Source: a virus
Taxonomy: Duplodnaviria; Caudoviricetes
Virus record (IMG/VR): IMGVR_UViG_3300016476_000112
Span: 1-35,118 of that record
Reading direction: 5' to 3' (one strand)
Length of the DNA stretch: 35,118 nt
The notes under the pieces were generated by a model. It made no database searches and had not been told where the DNA came from. It saw nothing but the letters and a program-made list of their open reading frames with translations. This document shows positions 10,701 to 18,400 of the stretch, in pieces; position 1 is the stretch's first letter, and each line of letters begins with the position of its first letter. The translations under genes and the position numbers were made by a program.

Positions 10701-11828
10701 ACTCAAATATCATACGAAGGTGAGTATGGTATCAGTCTTAATCCTGAAAGTTTTGCTAGATGGGGTGATAATTTATTCTTCACTGATGCAAGACGTGGTG
10801 CAGTTATGGCATTGCAAGCCAATGGATTGTTTGAGATATCATCTCAAGGCATGAAGAACTGGTTCAAAGCCAATCTAGACACCAATGTAGTAAAGTTGGG
10901 TATGTTTGATCCGTATTTTGAGCACTATGTATTATCAGTAGATAACGACAGAAAAGTTAAGACATGTGCATTATCTGTCACACCTACTAGCTTAACGTTT
11001 ACTGGTTCAGCTCAAACTAAAACGTTCTATATTGAGTCTAATTCTGATTGGGAGATAACAATTCCTTCTAACACTTGGATTACTTTGAGCGATAAATTTG
11101 GTTCGGGTAATCAATTGATTTATGTTACAGTAACTCAAAATGATACCACACCACGTAATTTAAATTTAACAATTAGTAGTTGTGCGGATGATGTTGTTTT
11201 AAATGTAAGCCAAGAAGTGCTTTATGATTGGTATGAATTATTAGATTGTGATACATCAGAGACATCATACTCTATCCAATATCCTGCAGATACATATGCT
11301 TTGAATGATCGTGTTACTTATGGTGATGCTACATTTAATATTGTAGATGTATTACATGAAGAACCTGTTGGTGTTTTAATTGATGTTGAGGCAACTGGTT
11401 TACAAGGATGCCCTACTCCTGCCGTTTATTGGTATCAATTATTTAACTGTTTTGATAGTTCTACTGCTAATTCACAAAGTTATTCTCCTGGAGTATTTAC
11501 TATAGGAGATAGAGTTACGTCGGGAGGTCAAACATATGTTATTACAGGACAGATAGAATATAACCCTGGTGGAACATTATTAGCAATTACTCCTACAGGT
11601 CAAACAGGATGTGAGACGTTAACTACATATTATGAATTGTCAGAATGCTCACCTGGTACAGGATATGCTTACACAACAATAGTTCCGGGTGCAGTAGGCA
11701 GAAGATTTGTATTGCCATACCCAGTTGAAACATTCTATACATACACAGGTGCTACATTGACACAAAGTACAGTTCCTCCGGGATACAATGGTTCAATTCA
11801 AATTACTTCATTCTATAGTTGTCCATAA
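7722..11828 (+). CDS. Tail nozzle/stabilisation protein (P22 gp10/T7 gp12-like), N-terminal part, with C-terminal BACON-like domain and three Cys repeats (1368 aa)
   Basis: N-terminal 'FLSGVMNKDLDPHYLPDGTYQDALNI' and later 'GEYGISLNPESFA..G...FFTDARRGAV' are typical of crAss-like stabilisation proteins. Beta-rich composition. Confidence 0.7.
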   Translation: MIELQRNFLSGVMNKDLDPHYLPDGTYQDALNIIVGDSDGSFDETQGSHNGVAQNYLGNILKGTDYELTNATCIGSLAYETNNSIYWLVASDYLDAIYEYNETNNTTTPVLQATKTPTTTSLLGFNKEFFVTGINYINGLLFWTDNLNPPRRINIDRCKNYAVDDFTEADINVILAPPLSSPSINLYTSGESNNLENKFLYFSYRYKYLDNEYSALAPFSSVAFFPKQYLYDYGVSENVSMSNKYNAANITFNSGSKNVKEIQLVFRDTLNINTYVIDNIVKSVNNYADNTEYSYEFKNNKVYTVLPQEQINRLFDNVPIKAKSQELIGSRLVYGNYTQFFNLLKCNKEPIDPAFTLSLTTSTVTGGYPKPTFKSNRDYEIGIEYLDDYGRATTVIVPTNNTNTIFIPPANATVANNIRITIDGTYEPPCFATHYRFMLKQNKQEYYNLFPLTYFKDGQFKWFLINQADQDKISVGSYVYLKSASDNTSVQYKVLDILSQPENFLNTADLNQPAGVYFKLKIEDAVLPPTSYYADKGFGLSGILASAIVFDRFSVAENPIFYGAGLDDMSTGASNVYTGVNDARFYVEIDGVNTFKYYITYNANYKVLVASGVSITAGVDQVLTYSGLSCSINFASSTGHTVGDYWVVNCRSLNGLNIFGGDTGYNPQFHPAAFFTFTDWSISPSDDEDRPIKAGGILTFKYKETGGSDQWITQTFISSKNYVNIEEWYIEDSAYEKWVQIDNSTNQSIGTKNVCFRRGVDSSINPQKIAQGGSISPASLVYPVYMYFYTDQRDGEYTVDTTFTLQQSDSPSLFETVPTDNNQDIYYELTQTYPIIDGNHYGNVDNQNVALGYPAIIDLNTFDFNGDFNAFTFGNGVESFRIRDDWNSATMQFSPRANSTIEGYEEQTLVQALTYSGVYTQTSAVNRLNEFNLSLGNFKYLDRFFGSIQKLFSRDTDLVVFQENKVSKVLYGKNLLSDSTGGGVVASIPEVLGTQISYEGEYGISLNPESFARWGDNLFFTDARRGAVMALQANGLFEISSQGMKNWFKANLDTNVVKLGMFDPYFEHYVLSVDNDRKVKTCALSVTPTSLTFTGSAQTKTFYIESNSDWEITIPSNTWITLSDKFGSGNQLIYVTVTQNDTTPRNLNLTISSCADDVVLNVSQEVLYDWYELLDCDTSETSYSIQYPADTYALNDRVTYGDATFNIVDVLHEEPVGVLIDVEATGLQGCPTPAVYWYQLFNCFDSSTANSQSYSPGVFTIGDRVTSGGQTYVITGQIEYNPGGTLLAITPTGQTGCETLTTYYELSECSPGTGYAYTTIVPGAVGRRFVLPYPVETFYTYTGATLTQSTVPPGYNGSIQITSFYSCP
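11223..11825 (+). repeat. Three tandem ~67-aa Cys-bracketed protein repeats
   Basis: Units begin YDWYELLDC, YWYQLFNC and YYELSEC and end TGLQGCP, TGQTGCE and TSFYSCP. The first two share 'DRVT.G..T'. Confidence 0.75.
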
Positions 11829-11840
11829 TATTTAAATAAG

Positions 11841-11848
11841 TAAATTTG
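11841..11848 (+). promoter_or_regulatory. TAnnTTTG promoter element (TAAATTTG)
   Basis: Intergenic, 7 nt before the ATG at 11856. Confidence 0.55.
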
Positions 11849-11855
11849 TAAACCT

Positions 11856-12581
11856 ATGGCAAACTATACAATTACATATTCACCGAGATTATCAGGATGG
11901 ACATCATACCACTCATATTTACCAGAGTGGATGGTGTCTATGAATAATTACCTATATACTTTCAAGAACGGTAATTTATATAAACATAACTCAAATACTG
12001 TAAGAAATAGTTATTATGGTGTATTATACCCATCTAAAATAACTACTATATTTAATACTGACCCATCTCAAACAAAGTCATTTAAGACTGTAGCTACTAA
12101 TTCTACTACTGCATGGGATACTGTTATTAATTCAGACCAAGGTGTGGGCTATATAGATGCTAGTTACTACGCATTAAAAGAGGGGACGTGGTATGGTTAC
12201 ATCAGAAGACCTGAAAATGATAATGAGTTGTCTTATACTTCTGCTCAAGGCATAGGTAATGTGACTACTTATGCGGCAGGTGTGTTAACATTCGCGTTTA
12301 ATATTGGAGATATTGTAAGCACAGGAGACAAACTTTATTGGCTTGATGGATCTACATTGCGTGTTATTGGGACAATCACCGCACACACTGCGACTACAGT
12401 AACCGTGAGTGTGACAGGCACAACACCAACCAATGGTAGCTTCATACTTTATGAGAAGAGTCCAGTCGCTGAATCATCTCCTACAAGAGGCACATATCTA
12501 AGTGTAGAATTTACAAATAACGATACCGACTATACAGAATTGTATATGGTAACTTCTGATGTATTCAAGAGTTATCCTTGA
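11856..12581 (+). CDS. Tail structural protein, probably the separated C-terminal part of the nozzle/stabilisation protein (241 aa)
   Basis: 'TITYS....GWTSYHSYLPE...SMNN.LYTFKNG.LYKHN' resembles the C-terminal region of single-chain crAss-like stabilisation proteins. Confidence 0.55.
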   Translation: MANYTITYSPRLSGWTSYHSYLPEWMVSMNNYLYTFKNGNLYKHNSNTVRNSYYGVLYPSKITTIFNTDPSQTKSFKTVATNSTTAWDTVINSDQGVGYIDASYYALKEGTWYGYIRRPENDNELSYTSAQGIGNVTTYAAGVLTFAFNIGDIVSTGDKLYWLDGSTLRVIGTITAHTATTVTVSVTGTTPTNGSFILYEKSPVAESSPTRGTYLSVEFTNNDTDYTELYMVTSDVFKSYP

Positions 12582-12590
12582 TAATTTAAT

Positions 12591-12598
12591 TATATTTG
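12591..12598 (+). promoter_or_regulatory. TAnnTTTG promoter element (TATATTTG)
   Basis: Intergenic, 4 nt before the ATG at 12603. Confidence 0.55.
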
Positions 12599-12602
12599 TA
12601 GA

Positions 12603-13010
12603 ATGAAATTTAATATTAGGTTACTAAACGAAAGTGACTACGATAATACGTTGGTTAAATGGTGGAAAGATTGGAGATGGACAGCTCCTCCGAAAGACGC
12701 ACTACCTAATAATGGTACAGGTGGATTTATGGTTTCCAAAGATGGTGTTGATATTTGTGCAGGGTTTGCATACTTCACTAACTCAACCATTGCGTATTGT
12801 GAGTTTATAGTATCTAATTTTGAATACAAAGAAAAAGATAGAAAAGAAGCTATTGAGCTTCTTATTACTTATATTTGTGAAGCATGCAAAGAAGCTGGGT
12901 ATAAATCAGTTTGGACATGCTTAGTTAATAAGGGTTTAATTGATAAATACGAGCATTGTGGTTTCAGTAAGTTAACCACCAATTGCACAGAAATGATAAA
13001 AATTTTATAA
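12603..13010 (+). CDS. GNAT-fold (acetyltransferase-like) protein, T7 gp13-like position (135 aa)
   Basis: Start 'NIRLLNESDY', central beta strands and end 'LIDKYEHCGF' fit a GNAT pattern. Located between nozzle and ejection genes as in podoviruses. Confidence 0.55.
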   Translation: MKFNIRLLNESDYDNTLVKWWKDWRWTAPPKDALPNNGTGGFMVSKDGVDICAGFAYFTNSTIAYCEFIVSNFEYKEKDRKEAIELLITYICEACKEAGYKSVWTCLVNKGLIDKYEHCGFSKLTTNCTEMIKIL

Positions 13011-13011
13011 T

Positions 13012-13638
13012 ATGCCAACTACAGCAGCATTAGCATTAGCAGGGGTACAAGCACTTCAAGCATCTCAAGCAAAAGCAGAAGCGATGGAGGCTTCTGCAAA
13101 AGCAGCAAATGAATTTGCATCTCTTAAGGAGTTCAATAAATTAGCTTCATTAAAAGTTCCTACATTAGGAACAGAATTAGCTAAACAAAACCTAGAACAA
13201 AGAACAGCTGCTGAATTAAATGCTTTTCAACAAGCTGGAGCAAATGCTGTTTTAGGTGGAACTACAGCACTTAATCAACAAGCTATGCAGGAAGATTTAA
13301 ATCTAGCTGCACAGGCTGATGAAAGACAATTTCAAAGAGATGCTATGGTTGCACAACAAGAGCAAGCAATTGAAGCTGGTCGTGTTAATAGAGGTGCCGC
13401 TTTAGCTCAAAGCAGAATAGCTGGTGCAGGACAAGCAAGAGCAGAAGCACAACAAGACTACACTTCTGCTTTAGGTGGATTTACAAGAACTTTAGGTGTA
13501 CAATCTATGCTTGATGCTTATCAAAAAGCATACCAAGACCCTAATGCTCCTAAAGATATTCCTTCATTTATGGGCGGCAAAACTGATGGTTTTTGGCAAT
13601 CAATGTTTAGTAGCTTAGGATTAGGAACAAAAGTTTAA
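13012..13638 (+). CDS. Putative internal virion / ejection protein (T7 gp14-like position, 208 aa)
   Basis: Ala/Gln/Gly-rich helical protein with hydrophobic N-terminus, first of three increasingly large genes after the GNAT gene. Confidence 0.55.
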   Translation: MPTTAALALAGVQALQASQAKAEAMEASAKAANEFASLKEFNKLASLKVPTLGTELAKQNLEQRTAAELNAFQQAGANAVLGGTTALNQQAMQEDLNLAAQADERQFQRDAMVAQQEQAIEAGRVNRGAALAQSRIAGAGQARAEAQQDYTSALGGFTRTLGVQSMLDAYQKAYQDPNAPKDIPSFMGGKTDGFWQSMFSSLGLGTKV

Positions 13639-13648
13639 TAGTAAAGAA

Positions 13649-15256
13649 ATGGCAGAATACGCAGGATATGTAGCGTCACCTAATCAGTTTGATTGGGGAC
13701 AGTTTAGTTCAGATTTAGCTTCAAATAAAATAGCTATTGCTGAAAAGGTTCGTGCTGAAAGGGAAAAGAAAAAAGAGGCTTTTGAAAAAAAGTCTCAAGA
13801 CATATATACCGACATAAAGGCTCCTGAAAAAGTTTATAATCAAACTTTAAATGATTTTTTTACTCAAGGAACAATTGAGGGTAAAAATAAATTTATTGAA
13901 TTTACAGGTAAAACAGATTATAATTTAACAAATACAGCACAGTTAACTAGGAAGCAAACTAATATAAAAAACTATATTGCACAATTAGGCGAGGTAGCAA
14001 AAGATATAAAAGCAAACGAGGCAAAAATACTTGATCCAAAGTTTCAGGAAACCCAATCAGATTTGGGTAGAAATTTTAGCAAATTATTTATTACTATTAG
14101 CGATGTGTCTGATAAGAAAAATTTTTTCGATGACGATGGATATGGTTATATGCAACAAGTAGATGCAAATGGAAATCCTACATCTGATGTTAAAATAAAC
14201 CCTATTTTATTGAAATCTACTCAAGGTTTTACAGATGGTTCAATAGATTACGATAAACAACTTAATGACTTTGTTGCTAATCAAGTAGGTGAATATAAAA
14301 AAGCTACTTTACTTGGAAGTGGCTCGGTTAAAACAACAGAATCTGTAGCAGACAATCCATTTTTTAAAGACGCTAAAGCTAAATTAGTAACTTCTTTAAC
14401 AGCTAATGATAGAGAATCAGCTAGATTTTTAACATCTACATCAGGATACGCTTCTTATATAGAAAACGATTTAAGACAAAAGCAAACCCTATTAAATAAT
14501 GGTATTCCTGAGGATAAATTAATTCCAGTGGGTTTGGGGGAGGACGGTCTTCCTACTGCAAAACTCACTCCTGAACAAAGAAAAGCTGCGGTTAATTTAG
14601 CTAATATTAAAATAGACCAACGAGTAGGTGTAGTAGAAACCTTAACTAAACCTGCTGGCTCAGGAAGCACTAGTGCACCAAAACCTACAGAAGGTTCTAA
14701 GGCTAGAGAATCAGCTCTAAATACAGCTATATCTTATGCTGAGTTATTACAAAAAAATCCTGAAAACGGATTTGTTATTAATAAAATTAAAGATGCATAT
14801 AGATCATTAGGTTTCCCAGTGAAAATAGTAACTCTTAAGGATCCTAATACAAACGAAATATACGGTTACGATGTATTTAAAATAAAAAATGGCAAAATTG
14901 TTAAGATACCACAATCTGAAGGAGGAGCACCATCAGGAGCTTATATAAGAAAAGGTGGAGCTGTTCAAGGTCTTTTTGAAATGTTAAATAAAGACCAAAA
15001 GAGGGGTGAAGAGGGTATTGATTGGGGAACCGCAGTAGGGGAGTATAAAGGAGACCAAAGTCGTTTATCTGAAAGGTTACCTTTGTTATTAGGCAAATCA
15101 AATACTAAACAGCAAAGTGCTCCTAAGCCAGCAAAAAATACAGGCAAAGTAGTTACTTTAGCTACAATGAAAGAAAAGTTAGGTGGTAATCCTACTAAAG
15201 AACAATTAGATAGTTACAGGAAACAACTTATAAAACAAGGATTTAATCCAGAATAG
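13649..15256 (+). CDS. Putative internal virion / ejection protein (gp15-like position, 535 aa)
   Basis: Position and mostly helical, Lys-rich composition with low-complexity linkers. Confidence 0.5.
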   Translation: MAEYAGYVASPNQFDWGQFSSDLASNKIAIAEKVRAEREKKKEAFEKKSQDIYTDIKAPEKVYNQTLNDFFTQGTIEGKNKFIEFTGKTDYNLTNTAQLTRKQTNIKNYIAQLGEVAKDIKANEAKILDPKFQETQSDLGRNFSKLFITISDVSDKKNFFDDDGYGYMQQVDANGNPTSDVKINPILLKSTQGFTDGSIDYDKQLNDFVANQVGEYKKATLLGSGSVKTTESVADNPFFKDAKAKLVTSLTANDRESARFLTSTSGYASYIENDLRQKQTLLNNGIPEDKLIPVGLGEDGLPTAKLTPEQRKAAVNLANIKIDQRVGVVETLTKPAGSGSTSAPKPTEGSKARESALNTAISYAELLQKNPENGFVINKIKDAYRSLGFPVKIVTLKDPNTNEIYGYDVFKIKNGKIVKIPQSEGGAPSGAYIRKGGAVQGLFEMLNKDQKRGEEGIDWGTAVGEYKGDQSRLSERLPLLLGKSNTKQQSAPKPAKNTGKVVTLATMKEKLGGNPTKEQLDSYRKQLIKQGFNPE

Positions 15257-15262
15257 TAAAGA

Positions 15263-15468
15263 ATGGCAAAACAACCTATCAAACAAAAAGTAGCTACATT
15301 AGATGAGTTACCTGCTTTTGAAACTGCAACAGTAGATGAGTTGCCTGATTTTGGAGAACCTGTAAAAAAAAAAGGCCAACCGCAATTAGTAAAACAAAAT
15401 ACTTCGGTTTCAAAATCTGTATCGGCACCTACGAAGCCTTCTTTGGTTTTACCTTCAAAAGAAGTTGA
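15263..15468 (+). CDS. Putative -1 frameshift/slippage product (~68 aa): first 37 aa of the large ejection protein plus RPTAISKTKYFGFKICIGTYEAFFGFTFKRS
   Basis: A10 run at 15364-15373. The -1 frame is open from 15373 to TGA at 15466-15468 and uses preferred codons, while frame 0 uses rare CCG/TCG/ACG codons over the same stretch. Confidence 0.45.
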
Positions 15469-18400
15469 GAAGCCTGAAGAAGTAGGGTATGTAGAAGACC
15501 TTTGGAATAGATTCAAAGGTTCTGGTACTAAAGTGTTGAGTGCATTCTTAAATGTACCATCTGCTGCACAGTCTTATATTTATGACGTAGCTCTTGCTGC
15601 TACAGGAAAGGATGAAGAATTTAATCGCTTACCTGCTGCAGCAAAAAGAGAAGTTAAGAGTGCTGTTCGTGCTATTAATAAAGGTTTACCTAATGGTGAA
15701 TTTTTATACCAAACAAAGGAGGCTGCTAATTATTTAAATAAGAAAGCAGAAAATATTTATCAAAGAACTATTCAAGACGAAACATCTCTTTCAGATGAGA
15801 TAAGTAAATTAGCTACTAATCCAACATCAGAAGGAGTTCTTAAGATTATAAATAAATCAATTCGCTCCACGGCAGAATCATTGCCTTATATGGGTATCTC
15901 TATGGTACCTGGAGGAGCTGCTGCTATTGGAGTAGCTACTGCTGCGGAAAAAAGAGAGCAAGAGTTAGAAGATACCGGTAATTATGGAATGGGATTCTTG
16001 ATTAACTCTGCTGTTACAGGTGGATCAAATTACTTAGGAGAAAAATATACTGGACGCATTCTAAATAAGATAGGAGCTAAAGCAATAGGCAATCCAGAGT
16101 TAGTTAAAAAAGTAACCCAAACGCCACTTAAAGAATTAGGTAAAGATTTAGGTATTGAGTTCACTACAGGAGGTTTACAATCTTTTACTCAAGAGGTTTC
16201 TGACAAATGGACTAAGGGTCAAGATGTAGAATGGATACCTACACTGAAGAAAGCATTAGATGATGCTTTATTAGAATCGGCTTCTGTTGGTACATTTGCA
16301 GCAGCTGGACAAGGAGTTTCAGGTACACGTAAACTTACTGCTCCTCTAAAGAGATATTTGGCTACTAAAATTATTGCTAAAGAAGATGCTTCTTATATCA
16401 AAAAAGGAGTGGATGCAATCCAAGATTTAACTACCCAAAAGGCAGACGACCAAGATCCTATTGTTAATGAAGCAATTGACAATAAGATTGATGAGATAAA
16501 AACTAATATCGCTGGTAAACTTCAGATGGCTGAAGACATGGTTGATAATCTATCTAATGAAGATATAAAGAAGACCATTCAGATTGATCGTGATTTAGAA
16601 GATGTAAGATTAAAAGCAAAAGCTATTAAAGATAATCCTACATTAGACGATGCTACTAAAGAAACATTAAGAAAAGATTTAGCAAACAAATACATTAACC
16701 TTAACCAAGAAAAAAATGCCATTCAAGAGCAAGCAACAAGTAAAGTATCTGTACAGCCAGAAGCCGGAGTTAGCGGAGAAGTGGCGGAAGGAGTATCCCA
16801 AGCAGAACCTCAAGGCCCTACCGAAGAAGTTAAAGTCGAAGAAGTAGTAAATCCTACTGAGACAATTGAAGTATTTCATGGAGGAGATTTACCATCACTA
16901 GAAGAAGGTAGACCTTTATATGTATCAGAAGATGCTAGTCAGGCTAATGAGTACGCTAAAATGTCTAAAGGAGAGGTGTCTAAATTCTTTTTAGATAAGA
17001 ATAAGATAGCTGACGAAGAAGATGCTTACGCTATAATGGAGGAGCTTGGTTTACCTACTGATGCTAATTTCTTTGAGTTGATTGATCCTAGGTTTGATGA
17101 GGCATTACCTAAAGAAGATATCAAGAAAGTTTTTGATACTTTAAAACAAAAAGGATTTGAGGCAGTAAGATATACTGATATTGATCAAAAAGATTTAAAA
17201 TCAGGCATTCAGAATATTTTAGTTCTTGATGCATTTAAGTCCCTTAAAACAGAACCTATAGTAACAGAGGAACAAGTAAAGCCTACTGAAATGTCTAGAG
17301 AAGAATGGACTAAGATTCAGTATTTGGCAGATAGAATTTCTAATGGAGAAGAAATTACTTTACCGGAAGATTTGCAGCTTCAGAAAAATTACCCTCAGAC
17401 TATTGAGAAATTATTAGAAAGCAAAGCGAAGCCTGTATCACAGCAACCGTTAACAGAAATTACTAAGCTATCTGATGAGCAGAAGTCTGCTATTCAAGAA
17501 GGGGTAAAACTTGGTAATGATATGGTAAAAAGATATCCTAAACAGGATGACTTGATTATCAAATACAAAGCACTTCAAAAGTTTCAAAAGAAAAACCAAC
17601 AGTACATTGATGCTAATCAATCTCAAAGAGATGAGATGACTCGCCAAATTAATTTCGCATTAGGATTGGCTAAAAAGAAATCAGCACAATCGGCTAAGAG
17701 TATTCTTGGCATCAAACCAAGAATGATTACAGTTGATGAAATGAAGTCGCTTAAAGAGCAATTACTATTGCAAGAAAAAGCAGCTAAAAGTGGGGTTGAC
17801 TTTGCTAATAAGGCTAAAAAATTAGTTAACGATACAATAAAGGGAATGAAAAAAGGTGCTTTAGACTCTAAGGCAACTAACTCTTTATTAACTGCACTTA
17901 ATGCTAATGCAGAAACACCTGAGCAAAGACGTGATATTATCAGCAAAGTAATTGCTACACTTAAAGGAACTGAAGGAAAGATTGCTATTGATGAACTAAA
18001 AGCACTTAAAGACCAAATCAAACTTGAGGCTAAGGCTGCTAAGGGTGGTGCTGACTTTGTTAAAAGAATTACAAAAAGCGTAGGAGAAACACTACCATTG
18101 TTAGTTAAGAAAGGTTCTATTACACCTGCACAGCAAAAAACAATCTTTAGAGGATTAAAAGCAAATCTTGTTAATCCAGTAATGCTTAATAGATTTTTTG
18201 ATAAGGTTGATCGTATTATGGGTGTTGCCGACTACAAGGAGAAACTTAGACAAGCAAATGCCTTACGCACAAAACTATCTAAGGCTTCCGAACGTAAAGG
18301 TGCAAAAACTGAATTAAAAGATATTACTAAAGCATTATCTAAGGTTCAACCTAATATGCTAAATGATATTGACGAATTCATTTCTAGAGCAAAAGAAGCA

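Noticed and set aside
15254-15265. The 535-aa and 2059-aa genes are in the same frame, suggesting read-through or stop-codon reassignment
   Set aside because: They are separated by TAG TAA. All genes are intact under the standard code and TAG, TGA and TAA all serve as stops, so there is no sign of recoding.
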